DNA of 64,000 bases from Nitrososphaerota archaeon (GTDB lineage: Archaea > Thermoproteota > Nitrososphaeria_A > Caldarchaeales > Caldarchaeaceae): contig JBEPYN010000001.1 of assembly GCA_041641305.1 (NCBI GenBank), positions 736,001-800,000 on the forward strand, written 5' to 3'. The notes beneath the pieces were generated by a model. It had not been told where the DNA came from. It worked only from the letters and a program-made list of their open reading frames with translations, and ran no database searches. Positions 9,027 to 19,490 of this stretch are shown in pieces. The translations under genes and the position numbers were made by a program. The stretch's first letter is position 1, and the number at the start of each line of letters is the position of its first letter.

Positions 9027-10921
9027 TGTTTCTTTGCTCTCTCTATAGTGTTTACTACCAGGCTGTGGAGCTGTTTACCGTCTATTTTTCCGCGGTATTT
9101 CTTCATCAGGTCGCCCATAAGTTTGTTGACGAGCCTTGGGTCACCTGCTTCGGCGGCATGTTTTTGGACAAGCTCCTCAACCTCCCTCTCAAGCTCCCTC
9201 GACGAAACAGGTGCGAGACCGAGGCTTTTCACAGCCTCCTCGACAGATGCCTCGAGGTTCTTTGACATCCAGCCAAGTATTTCCAGTAAAGCCTCTTTCG
9301 AGAAAAGGCCCGCGGCAAGTGAGTGGAATATTTCGGAGAGCTTCTGGTCTGATAGGTTTTGGACGGGATAGCCTTCGCGGCGGAGGTTTCTCATTGATTC
9401 GGTGAGGGCTGCGGCGACGACCGTGGCTGGGAGACCGGTTGCATGGACAATTTGCTCAAAGAGTTCCTCTTTTTCCTCATCTATCAGGGCTTGGACAAGC
9501 TGGCTGCTTAGGCTGTATGTTTTTGCGAGTCTCTCCGCTGTTTGCTCAAGTGTTTCGGGGAGGCTGCTGAGGATTTTCTCCAGGTGTTGGCGGGTTACTG
9601 GGAGAGGCGGTATGTCTGTCTCGGGATACATCCGTGCGGAGCCGGGCCGCGGCCTCATGTAAACCGTCAACCCATCAGGCCTGGCTGCACGCGTCTCACC
9701 GGGAACACCCTCAACCGCCTGCACAGCCCTCTCATAAACCGCTCTCAAAGCCTCCAACGCCCTGGCCTCTTCGTCGACAACCATGACCACGGCGTCCTGC
9801 TCATCGGCCTGTACAGCCTCTCTTAGCAGCTTAACCTCCTCCTCTGTGATGCCGTAGGCGGGCAGCTCATCTGTATGCAGTATTCCCTCTACCTCGGCCC
9901 ATGCCTTCGCATGTCCTGCGAGCTCGGCTCCCAGCCTAATGCCTTTCACAGGCTCCTTGGATAACAGGCCCGCGAACTTCACCAGCTTTACCGCGTATGC
10001 TTTACCGCCCGCCTCCAGCTTCTTCCTCAACATCGAGGATTTGGTGTTTTGGAAAATGTGTGTCACATCGATGAATTTTGGAGGTGGTAGCGGCTGGCCT
10101 CCGAGACGTCTCCTCAGCTCCTCGGCGGCCTCGAGCAGATGTAGCTGCCTCTTCACCTCGAGCTCCACAACAAGAGGTATCAGCTCAAGCTCCTGAACAC
10201 CCTTGATCTCGGTAACAGCGCCTCCCGATATCGAGACGTTAAGGTCCTGCCTAACAGTCCCGATCCCGCGCTTCACCCGCCGCGTGGCGCGCAGAACCCT
10301 GCCAATCGCCTGAGCAACCCTCGCAGCCTCCTGAGGAGAGCTAATCACAGGAGCGGTCGCAATCTCAATCAAGGGAATGCCCAGCCGCGACAAATCATAC
10401 TCGACAACTCCTCTACTCGTGGAAACTATCTTGGCCGCATCCTCCTCAAGCGTCACGGTCTGTATCGGGATTTTCTTCCCGTCGACAACAAGCTCGCCGC
10501 CCAGAGCCACGATGCATGTCCTCTGAAAACCGGAGGTGTTGGAGCCGTCTATCACTATTTTCCGCATAACATGGATTTCGTCGACCGGTGTTGCTTTGAG
10601 AAGCGCGGCCACCCTGAGAGCTGTTTCGACTGCTTCGGGGTTAAGCTCATGCGGCGGCTCCTCATCCATCTCGACCAGGCAGACATTTGCCGGGTTGATG
10701 TGATAGATTATTTTCTTCCTTTTCTTTGATTCGAATAGTGCCGCGGGGTCGATTTCGCCCAGCTCGCTCTGAGCTTCTCTGAGGTAACGTGTTATCTTGA
10801 TTACGGAGCCTTCGACGGGTTCTGTTGGGCAGTCGCAGAAGAGCTTCCGCGCTGTGTCGAGCTGTCTGTGAACCTCGAGACCGACTTTCAGCCCAAGCTT
10901 GTCATACAAATTCTGTCTCAC
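9008..10921 (-). CDS. gatE: Glu-tRNA(Gln) amidotransferase subunit E
   Basis: GLKVGLEVHRQL, MRKIVIDGSNTSGFQRT, RPRPGSARMYPETD; real start may be the TTG at 10909. Confidence 0.97.
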   Translation of the reverse strand: MRQNLYDKLGLKVGLEVHRQLDTARKLFCDCPTEPVEGSVIKITRYLREAQSELGEIDPAALFESKKRKKIIYHINPANVCLVEMDEEPPHELNPEAVETALRVAALLKATPVDEIHVMRKIVIDGSNTSGFQRTCIVALGGELVVDGKKIPIQTVTLEEDAAKIVSTSRGVVEYDLSRLGIPLIEIATAPVISSPQEAARVAQAIGRVLRATRRVKRGIGTVRQDLNVSISGGAVTEIKGVQELELIPLVVELEVKRQLHLLEAAEELRRRLGGQPLPPPKFIDVTHIFQNTKSSMLRKKLEAGGKAYAVKLVKFAGLLSKEPVKGIRLGAELAGHAKAWAEVEGILHTDELPAYGITEEEVKLLREAVQADEQDAVVMVVDEEARALEALRAVYERAVQAVEGVPGETRAARPDGLTVYMRPRPGSARMYPETDIPPLPVTRQHLEKILSSLPETLEQTAERLAKTYSLSSQLVQALIDEEKEELFEQIVHATGLPATVVAAALTESMRNLRREGYPVQNLSDQKLSEIFHSLAAGLFSKEALLEILGWMSKNLEASVEEAVKSLGLAPVSSRELEREVEELVQKHAAEAGDPRLVNKLMGDLMKKYRGKIDGKQLHSLVVNTIERAKKHYAASK

Positions 10922-12257
10922 CTGTGAAAACCGGCTGTGGCCCTGTTCTTCCCCCGATTTCGCCGCAGATGTCGCGTAGCATGAGGCTTTTCACTTCTTC
11001 ATACGTGGCTTTCTCGCCCAGTTTTCCGAGAACCCACATCAGCTTAACCAACGCGGTCTCGGGCAGCATGTTGTCCAGAGGGATAACACCCGCTCTCATC
11101 AGGTCTCTCCCGTTCTCGTAAACGTTCATGTTCACGCGTCCAAACCTGCACTGACTCGTCATCCCCACGAAAACACCCTTTTCCCTCAGCTTCTTCAACA
11201 CCGGCACGAAGCTTGTGGCCACGTGGCCCAACCCCGTCCCCTCGAGAATCACGCCACGCAAACCCATCCTCTCAACCAAAAGCTCCAACGCCTCCGGCTT
11301 CATGCCCGGGAAAAACTTCACAAGCATAACCCTCTCGTCGAACACGGGCTGGAACACGTATCCATGCTCTCCTCTCTTGTGGAACCTGGTGGTGAGGAGT
11401 TTGAGGCCCTGGGGTGTTTTGGCGGCGATTGGGCCTGCGTTGATAGACTGAAACGCTCCTCTGCTGCTTGTGTGGAGCTTGGCCACACGTGTCCCCCTAT
11501 GTATCAGGATGGTGTCATCACCGTGCCACGCATGCATGGCGACAACAACTTCAGCGAAGGGCGCCCACGCGGCAACCTCAACAGCCGTCAAAAGGTTCAG
11601 CGCCGCGTCGCTCGAAGGCCTGTCGGAGGAGCGCTGTGCACCGACGAGAACAACGGGCCCTGGCGGGTTCTGTAAAGCGAAGCTCAGGGCTGCGGCTGTG
11701 TAGCCCATGGTGTCGGTGCCGTGAGTTATGACGACGCCGTCAAAGCCTCTGCGGAAAAGCTCATCCACTTTCCGAGCAATCTCTGTCCAGTGGGCGGACG
11801 TCATGTTCTCGCTTACAACCTGCATCAGTATCTCCGTCGAGACGTTAGCCTTCTCAGCGATTTCGGGAACTATGCTGACGAGGTCGGATGCTGTGAGAGC
11901 GGGCTTTACTCCCCCTGTGCGGTAGTCTATTCTGCTGGCTATGGTTCCGCCTGTGTTGACGACCATGACGCGTGGCAGGTTTTCCCGGGGTGGGGCTGGC
12001 GGAGGTGGGTTGAAGGTGGGCGCGACGGCTGAAGAGAGTTTGCGTATCTGTGTAGAAGCGTCAACACGCACACCCATGTTGTAGCCGTTTGGAAGCTTCA
12101 AAACCAGAACATCCGGTTCCCCAAACTCGTAACGAGCCATCACAAACCCACGAAGCCTCAGCCCATTTCTAACAACCTCAACCTCGTCACCCAACCCCAC
12201 ACCAAGCCCTCTCAACACATCCGCAACAAACCCGCCGTAACCAAGTTCAGAAACCAT
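10902..12257 (-). CDS. gatD: Glu-tRNA(Gln) amidotransferase subunit D
   Basis: LKLPNGYNMG, TGGTIASRIDY, HGTDTM, GAQRSSDRPSSD; ATG at 12257 follows GAGGTG. Confidence 0.97.
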   Translation of the reverse strand: MVSELGYGGFVADVLRGLGVGLGDEVEVVRNGLRLRGFVMARYEFGEPDVLVLKLPNGYNMGVRVDASTQIRKLSSAVAPTFNPPPPAPPRENLPRVMVVNTGGTIASRIDYRTGGVKPALTASDLVSIVPEIAEKANVSTEILMQVVSENMTSAHWTEIARKVDELFRRGFDGVVITHGTDTMGYTAAALSFALQNPPGPVVLVGAQRSSDRPSSDAALNLLTAVEVAAWAPFAEVVVAMHAWHGDDTILIHRGTRVAKLHTSSRGAFQSINAGPIAAKTPQGLKLLTTRFHKRGEHGYVFQPVFDERVMLVKFFPGMKPEALELLVERMGLRGVILEGTGLGHVATSFVPVLKKLREKGVFVGMTSQCRFGRVNMNVYENGRDLMRAGVIPLDNMLPETALVKLMWVLGKLGEKATYEEVKSLMLRDICGEIGGRTGPQPVFTGETEFV

Positions 12258-12292
12258 GCTGTCAAAACACCTCTCACCCATGATATAAATCG

Positions 12293-12574
12293 TCAAGAAT
12301 TAGGCTCATATCCCCTCAACAGCTCGACAAGCTGCACCAAGCTCCCGGCAACAGGGTTCTCTGGGTTGAGCATAATCATCTTCACGCTCCTAAGCTTCCT
12401 CTGATACACTATTCCCAGCTTCTCAAAATTGTTCACCACTATGATGACGGTTGAAGGGGCCAAGCCCGTGGCCCGTGCAAGGTACCGTAGGCTGAAGGCC
12501 TTTCCCGGGTTTTCGAGGAGAAACTGCAGTATCTTTGAGTGTGCTTTTGATGCGAAGAGGTCGTGTAGCTTCAA
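12293..12574 (-). CDS. Small winged-helix DNA-binding protein
   Basis: KILQFLLENPGKAFSLRYLARATGLAPSTV helix-turn-helix pattern followed by a beta wing. Confidence 0.75.
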   Translation of the reverse strand: MKLHDLFASKAHSKILQFLLENPGKAFSLRYLARATGLAPSTVIIVVNNFEKLGIVYQRKLRSVKMIMLNPENPVAGSLVQLVELLRGYEPNS

Positions 12575-12604
12575 CCCCGCGGGGGTAGGGCTGTCGGCAG
12601 CCTA

Positions 12605-13294
12605 TTAATCTGCTACTATTGTTCCCGCCTGCTTGCCTATGAGGGCTTGGCGGACGGCTTCGAGGTTGTTTCCGTTGACATAGTAGAGTGGTATGCGTGT
12701 CCGGAGGGCCATGGCGAGGCCTACTGCGTCGATAAGCTGGTAGTCGCCGGCGCGCTGCGAAACTTTTTGGCTGATTTCGGCGAGCTGTGCGAAGCTTATC
12801 CGAGGCAGAAGCTTTGCGTCGGGGTTTTTCTTCGGGTCATCGGTGTATACACCGTCCACGTCGCTTGCTACGACGACTCTCTCAGCCCCTATAACAGAGG
12901 CCGCGTGTATGCTGACGGCCATCGTCGACTGCCCCGCCTGCATACCTCCCGAGACAACAATCTTCCCAAACCCCGTCAAGTAACGTATCTCGTCAACCGT
13001 CGTCGGCACAGCTTGGACAGCGAGGTCTCCGAGAGCTCTCGCAAAGAAATAGGCATGCAGCCGCGTTACCTTGATCGCCGCCTCGTCACAAGTCGCCTCA
13101 TCTAGGCCGATTTTCCTCGCGGCCGCAATATAACGGCGTGCCTGTTCACCGCCGCCCACCACCACAACCCAGCGCCCACCATCAAACAACTCCCCCAGAA
13201 GCCTCACATACCCCATCAACAACTCCACATCAACACCCTCACCAAAAACAACATGCCCACCAAGCTTCAACACAACATTAACCACGCCAACCAC
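12605..13294 (-). CDS. pyrH: Uridylate kinase
   Basis: VLKLGG, VVVGGGEQARRYI, GQST, DVDGVYTDDPKKNPDAK. Confidence 0.93.
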   Translation of the reverse strand: MVGVVNVVLKLGGHVVFGEGVDVELLMGYVRLLGELFDGGRWVVVVGGGEQARRYIAAARKIGLDEATCDEAAIKVTRLHAYFFARALGDLAVQAVPTTVDEIRYLTGFGKIVVSGGMQAGQSTMAVSIHAASVIGAERVVVASDVDGVYTDDPKKNPDAKLLPRISFAQLAEISQKVSQRAGDYQLIDAVGLAMALRTRIPLYYVNGNNLEAVRQALIGKQAGTIVAD

Positions 13295-13460
13295 TCACGA
13301 AAAAGAAACAAGACTGCCATAAAAACACAAGCTGATTAAAATACTGATTGAAGTAGAGCTGCGGGGAAGGGTTTTATCGATGGGAAAAGTTGACGGCTTA
13401 GCGTGGAAGCCGTTAGAGAATTTGCTGAGAAAATACATGAACTGAATCTCGTGGGCTTGG

Positions 13461-16196
13461 TTAGGGTGAATTTTTAGAGATTTTTCGTCTGATTATTTTT
13501 GATGTTTCGACGGCGGTGTAGGTGAATAGTGCGCCTCCGATTATCCATGTTAGGTCTGCTGTGGTGGGTGTTGTGAGGCTTAGGAGCTGTGCGGCTCCGG
13601 GGATTGTGAGGATGGCTGTTATAAGCGCTATTTCCCATGCGATTGCTATGAGCAGCCATTTGTGGGGTTTTGCCTCGAGGTTTGTGTACACGAGGGAGCG
13701 GCAGTTGAGGGCCAGCACAAGCTCGTTGGCGATGAACATGAGGAAAAGCCGTGTCCGCGCATGCTCTATCCCCTCGGGCAACGCTGTCAAATAGCCTATG
13801 AGGTAGAGAGGGGTGGTGACAACCAATATTGTGGCGAGCATGCCGAGCACCTCTCTGTTGAACACGGGCTCGTTTCGCGGGATTGGCTTCCGCTTCATGA
13901 TGTCGGGGTCGGGGGGCGCGAAGCCCAGCGCTATAGCGGGCAACCCGTCGGTCGCGAGGTTGATGTAGAGGATATGGACGGGGAGAAGAGGCAGCGAATC
14001 CTCGCCCCTAAGCCCAAGCAACTCAGCGAAGATAAGCGCAACAGAGGAAATCACGATTATCTCGACGAGGTTCGCCTCGAGCAGATAGGTTAGATATTTT
14101 CGCACGTTCCCATATATCCATCGCCCCAGCTCCACGGCTTTGACGATTGTCGCGAAGTTGTCGTCGGCGAGCATCATGTCCGAAGCCTCTTTCGCAACAT
14201 CTGTCCCCGTTATGCCCATCGAGACACCTATGTCCGCTCTCTTCAGAGCCGGTGCATCGTTTACACCGTCCCCGGTCATGGCGACAACGTATCCCTTTCT
14301 TTTCCAAGCCTCGACGATACGCAGCTTATGCAACGGAGATATTCTGGCGTAGACGACTACTTGTTCGACGATTTTGTCCAGCTCCTCGTCCGAGAGCCTG
14401 TCAAGCTCCTCGCCTGTTAGAACCATGTCTCCTTCCTTCATTATGCCGACTTCGCGGGCGACAGCCACCGCTGTGAGCTTGTGGTCGCCTGTCACCATCA
14501 CTGTCCTGATGCCTGCTTCATGTGCTTTCTTCACCGCGTCGTAGACCTCGGGCCTCGGCGGATCCATCATCCCAACCAACCCAAGAAAAACAAACCCGCT
14601 CTCCTCAAAACCGTCACCAGAATCAGGTTTATGGGCCACAGCCAACACCCTTAAACCCGCGGAGGCCATCTGCTCAGCAACGGAGAGAACCCTGGCCCTC
14701 TCCTGCTTATCAAGCACATGCATCTCCCCTTGCTTGTAAACTGCGTCGCACTTGGTTAAGACAACCTCGACCGCGCCCTTCATGTATCCAGCGACTCCAC
14801 CTCCCTCCACCTTGTGAAACGTTGTCATCATTTTCCTCTCCGAAGTGAACGGAATCTCATACACGCGTGGATGTGTCTTCCTAAGCGCCTCAACATCCCA
14901 GCCCAGCTTCCTCGCAAACAGAATCAAAGCACCCTCTGTCGTATCCCCTCTAACAGTCTCCCGTCCATCGACATCCTCGATTATGGCGTCGTTGCAGAGG
15001 ATGCTTGCCTTCAGTAGATGCTCGAAGGCCGGTGACTGTTTTTCTAAGCTGTCTACGTCGATGAGCTGGTCGTCTACGTAGACTTTTCTGACGGTCATTT
15101 GGTTAGTTGTGAGTGTTCCTGTTTTGTCGAAGCAGATGACCTGTGTGGAGCCGAGTGTCTCTACTGCGGGGAGTCTTCTGACGAGGGCGTTTCTCCGAGC
15201 CATTATGCCTGTTCCGATGGCGAGTGTGCCGGTCACGATGCCGGGAAGTGCTTCGGGAACAACCGCGACAGCAAGCGCGACGGCAAAGAGCAAAACCTCA
15301 ACTATGAAGCTCAGCGAAAAATCTCCCCCGGCCAGCTCGCGGAAAAGCTCCACCGCGAAGATAGCCACTATCACGACCGCGGCTATCACCGCGAACTTTT
15401 TCCCAATCTCATCCATCCTCCTCTCAAGAGGTGTTTTCTCCTCCTCTATCGCAGTGGTTGCCGCCGCTATTTTCCCGAACTCTGTCCTCTGACCCGTGGC
15501 CACGACGACGCCTTTCCCACGTCCATAGGTTACGATTGTTCCTGCGAAGGCCATGTTTACTCTGTCGCCCAGCGGCAGGTTCACTGGGAGAGGCTCAACC
15601 TTTTTCTGCACAGGCGTCGATTCACCCGTCAACGCCGCCTCGTTTGTCTGAAGGTTGATTGACTCAACCAAGCGGAGGTCTGCTGCAACTTTTGTTCCAG
15701 TTGTGAGGATGACGAGGTCTCCGGGGACAAGCTCCTTGTAAGAAATCTCACGTTCTCTCCCATCTCTGACAACCATGACCGACTGTGTGAGCATCTTCTT
15801 GAGAGCCTCTAGTGTTTTCTCGGCACGATATTCCTGCACAAACCCGACGACCGCGACGAAGAAGACGATGACAGCTATTACCAGTGAGTCAACCCATTCG
15901 CCGAAAAAAGCCGATATAACGATGGCTATGAGCAGTATCCCGATGAGTATGTTGGCGAATTGTTTTAGGAAGATTTTGATGGGCGAGGTTTTCTTCGGCG
16001 GCTCGAGCTCGTTAGGGCCGTATGTCTTAAGCCGGCTCGCTGCTTCTTCGCTCGATAACCCGTTTACAGAGTCTGTGCCAAGCCTCGCAACAACCTCCTC
16101 CACCGGCAAACTATGCCAACCCACTTCTTCGGCGATTGCTTGAGACAAGGGCTTCTGAAAGGGCGCTTTCACCCCTCTATAAAATGCTATTACCAA
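13461..16196 (-). CDS. Cation-transporting P-type ATPase (type II, Ca2+-like)
   Basis: TGES, VPEALP, DKTGTLT, DPPR, MVTGD, TGDGVNDAPAL, INLATDGLP; real start possibly the TTG near 16148. Confidence 0.95.
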   Translation of the reverse strand: MVIAFYRGVKAPFQKPLSQAIAEEVGWHSLPVEEVVARLGTDSVNGLSSEEAASRLKTYGPNELEPPKKTSPIKIFLKQFANILIGILLIAIVISAFFGEWVDSLVIAVIVFFVAVVGFVQEYRAEKTLEALKKMLTQSVMVVRDGREREISYKELVPGDLVILTTGTKVAADLRLVESINLQTNEAALTGESTPVQKKVEPLPVNLPLGDRVNMAFAGTIVTYGRGKGVVVATGQRTEFGKIAAATTAIEEEKTPLERRMDEIGKKFAVIAAVVIVAIFAVELFRELAGGDFSLSFIVEVLLFAVALAVAVVPEALPGIVTGTLAIGTGIMARRNALVRRLPAVETLGSTQVICFDKTGTLTTNQMTVRKVYVDDQLIDVDSLEKQSPAFEHLLKASILCNDAIIEDVDGRETVRGDTTEGALILFARKLGWDVEALRKTHPRVYEIPFTSERKMMTTFHKVEGGGVAGYMKGAVEVVLTKCDAVYKQGEMHVLDKQERARVLSVAEQMASAGLRVLAVAHKPDSGDGFEESGFVFLGLVGMMDPPRPEVYDAVKKAHEAGIRTVMVTGDHKLTAVAVAREVGIMKEGDMVLTGEELDRLSDEELDKIVEQVVVYARISPLHKLRIVEAWKRKGYVVAMTGDGVNDAPALKRADIGVSMGITGTDVAKEASDMMLADDNFATIVKAVELGRWIYGNVRKYLTYLLEANLVEIIVISSVALIFAELLGLRGEDSLPLLPVHILYINLATDGLPAIALGFAPPDPDIMKRKPIPRNEPVFNREVLGMLATILVVTTPLYLIGYLTALPEGIEHARTRLFLMFIANELVLALNCRSLVYTNLEAKPHKWLLIAIAWEIALITAILTIPGAAQLLSLTTPTTADLTWIIGGALFTYTAVETSKIIRRKISKNSP

Positions 16197-16285
16197 ATTA
16201 AGCTATTTAACATGGCTCAACGGATTTATTGCTGGTTAGCTTGGCTGTTTGTCTTTCGTAGCTGGTTGGTTGGCTGGTGTCGTTT

Positions 16286-17542
16286 ATGTCTCTGAGACGG
16301 GATTCTGTTTCACTGTATCAGTTTAGGCGTTTGCTAGAGACTATTGAGAGGCTTGAGGGCCGGGGCACGGAGCTTGTCACCCTCTATGTCCCTCCTGACA
16401 AATCCATATCCGATGTCATCAACTATCTCAGGCAGGAGTATGCCACCGCCTCTAACATCAAGTCGAAGCAGACGCGGAAAAATGTCCAAGACGCTATCGA
16501 GAGCGCTATTCAGCGGCTTAAGCTCTTCGACAGCCCGGGGCCAACCGGCCTCGTCATATTCAGCGGAGCCATTCCCCAGAACAGCGGCCAGACAAGCAAG
16601 ATAGAGGTTTACCATGTGATACCGCCGGAGCCGATAACCACTTTCCTCTACAGATGCGACAGCCGGTTTCACACCGAGCCGCTCAAAGAGCTCCTTCGCG
16701 AAAAAGCTGTCTACGGGGTGATTGTGATAGATAACGAGGAGGCCGCTGTAGCGGTGGTTAAGGGCCGCAGCATCTCCGAGCTGAAGACATACACCTCAGG
16801 CGTGCCTGGTAAACATCATGCAGGCGGACAGTCCGCGAGAAGGTTCGAGAGACTCCGGGAAATGACGCTCAACGAATTCTATAAACGCGTCGCCGAAAAA
16901 GCCAACGAAACCTTCCTACAGTACCCAGAGCTGAAAGGGGTGATTTTAGCGGGCCCGGGGCCCACCAAAGAGGTTTTCGCACAGGGCGATTATCTTCACT
17001 ACTCGCTCCGCGACAAAATCCACATCGTCGACACCTCCTACTCCGGGGAAAGCGGTGTAAGAGAGGCGGTGGCCAAGTCGGCTGATTTCTTGAAGGAGGT
17101 GAGGATGGTTGAGGAGCAGCGGCTTATTCAGCGGCTGATGTCGGAGGCGACACGGGCCGATGGCTTGGCGGTGTATGGTGAGAAGCAGGTCCGCGAAGCC
17201 CTCCGCAAAAACATGGTTGAGCTTCTACTCATCTCAGAGGACCTTGACAGGCTTGAGGTTAAGATAAGGTGTCAAAACTGCGGCTACGAAACAGTCTTCA
17301 CAATAGACTCGGGGGAGCTTTCGACAGAGGTGCCTAAGAAGCTCGCCGAGAAATGTCCCAGCTGCCAGAACCAGACTCTCACCCTCGCCGAAACCACTCC
17401 GCTGATAGATAAGCTGATTGCGGAGGCGGAGAACGTGAATGCCAAGGTTGAGCTGATCTCGTCGGAGCACGAGGAGGGGGAGATGTTCAAGAAAGCCTTC
17501 AGCGGGGTGGCAGGTTTTCTGCGACACCGTGGAGGCTACTGA
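16286..17542 (+). CDS. prf1: Peptide chain release factor aRF1 (eRF1)
   Basis: TASNIKS, YRCDSRF, GGQS; CxxC...CxxC insert in domain 3. Confidence 0.97.
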   Translation: MSLRRDSVSLYQFRRLLETIERLEGRGTELVTLYVPPDKSISDVINYLRQEYATASNIKSKQTRKNVQDAIESAIQRLKLFDSPGPTGLVIFSGAIPQNSGQTSKIEVYHVIPPEPITTFLYRCDSRFHTEPLKELLREKAVYGVIVIDNEEAAVAVVKGRSISELKTYTSGVPGKHHAGGQSARRFERLREMTLNEFYKRVAEKANETFLQYPELKGVILAGPGPTKEVFAQGDYLHYSLRDKIHIVDTSYSGESGVREAVAKSADFLKEVRMVEEQRLIQRLMSEATRADGLAVYGEKQVREALRKNMVELLLISEDLDRLEVKIRCQNCGYETVFTIDSGELSTEVPKKLAEKCPSCQNQTLTLAETTPLIDKLIAEAENVNAKVELISSEHEEGEMFKKAFSGVAGFLRHRGGY

Positions 17543-17891
17543 GTTGGATGAGAAGAGCTACATCGCGGTAGCCGACACCGTGCGGCTCAAGCTGGTTCAC
17601 GTCACAAAAGCTGAGCCGGAAGCATCTATTGGAAAGGATGAGCTTGAGAGATTCCCCCAGCTTCTCGACGCTCTGCAAAAAGCCAAAAACACTGCGTCGA
17701 CGACAATTTACCCAGGTGAGTTCGAGGCCCTCAACCCCGCACCCGTCGTCGTCACACTCTCGAAACAGGATGCGGAAAAATTCGTTGAACTTGTTAAACG
17801 TAAAACCAGCGTCAGCCTCTACAAACGGGCTGTGAAAATAGGGGTTGACGGCGATGTCTTCATCGTAGCGGTTGAGCATCACTGCGGCTAA
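17529..17891 (+). CDS. Hypothetical protein
   Basis: 120-aa ORF overlapping the aRF1 stop and filling the gap to a convergent gene. Confidence 0.65.
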   Translation: MEATELDEKSYIAVADTVRLKLVHVTKAEPEASIGKDELERFPQLLDALQKAKNTASTTIYPGEFEALNPAPVVVTLSKQDAEKFVELVKRKTSVSLYKRAVKIGVDGDVFIVAVEHHCG

Positions 17892-18646
17892 GGTTTTCCA
17901 TGGATGATTTCCAGCAGGTCCTTGGTTATTCGGCCGGGGTCGGGGTGCTGGAAAATGTTTCGGCCCATGGCTGCACCAGCTCCTCCGACGGATACGCTTT
18001 CTCGAACCATTTGAAGAACCTGCTGCTCCGACTCTATTTTCTCGCCGCCTAGAACCACGACGGGGACGGGGCATGTCTCGACAACATGTCTGAAGCTCGC
18101 GGGGTCTCCGGTGTAAACAGTTTTAACAAAATCACCGCCATATTCGGCACCTATCCGCGCCATCTTAGCCACCTCCTCGGGCGAGGGCCTTGACACAGGA
18201 TACATTTCGGCGAGAACAGGCAACCCGTATTCGCGGCAAGCCATGTTAACCGCCCAGAGGATATCCAAGTCCCGTTTCATGTTCTCGGAGCCGTAGCTGA
18301 TGTAGACTTTGACGGCGTCCGCGGCAACAGCAACAGCCGATGCGACACTCCTCTCAACGGTGTATGGGGATGTGTCCAGAAGAGTGAGTATCCACCCCAA
18401 GTTTTTGCGGGAAACAGAGGCCGCGTAGTTCTTCATTATGCCGTAGGTTGCCATCACGGCGTCAACACCTGCGCCAACGACCTTCTCCAAAACCTCGAGA
18501 GGCTTCTCGACACCTTTTACAGGGCCCATGAAAAACCCGTGGTCTATAGCAAAAATCAACGCGCGGCCATCTTCGCGGAAAACCCGGCCCAACCGTAGCC
18601 TCACACCCGTGTAATCCATGGCTGTTGGATATGTTCGCCTGGTCAT
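17888..18646 (-). CDS. Class I (DhnA/LsrF-type) aldolase
   Basis: AIDHG, PVLAEMYP, ARIGAEYGGDFVKT (Schiff-base Lys), VVVLGG, MGRNIFQ. Confidence 0.9.
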   Translation of the reverse strand: MTRRTYPTAMDYTGVRLRLGRVFREDGRALIFAIDHGFFMGPVKGVEKPLEVLEKVVGAGVDAVMATYGIMKNYAASVSRKNLGWILTLLDTSPYTVERSVASAVAVAADAVKVYISYGSENMKRDLDILWAVNMACREYGLPVLAEMYPVSRPSPEEVAKMARIGAEYGGDFVKTVYTGDPASFRHVVETCPVPVVVLGGEKIESEQQVLQMVRESVSVGGAGAAMGRNIFQHPDPGRITKDLLEIIHGKP

Positions 18647-18748
18647 ATGTTTTCCACGTCACATCTCTGCCTCACCGTGTTTAGAAAAGGCCTCTGTTGT
18701 CGGCATCGTGGTAAAATTGTGGTTGTTGGATGCTTTTTGAAGGGCTAG

Positions 18749-19441
18749 ATGTTGAAAGCGGTTTTGTTCGATTTCGATAACACGTTGGTGGATTCGGCTG
18801 CGGTCCTTCCTGTGGCGCAGAGGCGTGTCGCAGAGGAGATTGTCGCCTATTATGGTGGCTCTCTTGATGTTGAGGAGGTTGCACGTGTTGTTGCATGGGT
18901 TGAGCATGTGGTTGAGCGGCAGGGGCTTCTGAACAGGGACCTCATATGGGAGCATGTGTTTCAAAGCCTCGGGCTAAACAATTCACCTCCCGAGGATCAG
19001 CTACGCAGATGGAGCAGCATATACTGGACCGAATACATGAAGGGCCCTCTTTTCCCCGACGCCGTCGCTGTCTTGGAGAAGCTGCAAAACAGGTATGTGT
19101 TGGGTATGGTGACGAACACGGATGGTTTGCCTGGGATGAAGATGCACAGGCTTATGAGAAGCGGGGTTTTCAGGTTCTTCAAGGCCGTGGTAGTGGCCGG
19201 TGAAGATGTTCCCGAAATCAAGCCAAGCCCGAGGCCTTTTCTGCATGCCGCCCAGCTCCTCGGCGCAAAACCTCAGGAATGTATCATGGTTGGAGACGAC
19301 CCCGTCAACGACGTGCTCGGCGCAAAATCCGCCGGAATGGCCGCGGTCCTCCTCGACAGACACGGCGACAAACCCTGCCCAGTCAAACCAGACTACGTCG
19401 TGAAAAGTCTCACAGAGCTTCTGGAATTGCTGGATGCATGA
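18749..19441 (+). CDS. HAD-superfamily hydrolase
   Basis: FDFDNTL, VTN, KPSP, VGDDPVNDVLGA. Confidence 0.92.
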   Translation: MLKAVLFDFDNTLVDSAAVLPVAQRRVAEEIVAYYGGSLDVEEVARVVAWVEHVVERQGLLNRDLIWEHVFQSLGLNNSPPEDQLRRWSSIYWTEYMKGPLFPDAVAVLEKLQNRYVLGMVTNTDGLPGMKMHRLMRSGVFRFFKAVVVAGEDVPEIKPSPRPFLHAAQLLGAKPQECIMVGDDPVNDVLGAKSAGMAAVLLDRHGDKPCPVKPDYVVKSLTELLELLDA

Positions 19442-19490
19442 GTTGTGGAAAACTTTTTACCCCGGCTGAATCCGTTGTCTCAACGGGTGA

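Noticed and set aside
13376-13415. 7-bp hairpin ACGGCTT/AAGCCGT, and a 12-mer ATCGATGGGAAA shared with ~21546
   Set aside because: Short stems and 12-mer matches are expected by chance in 64 kb; no further support.
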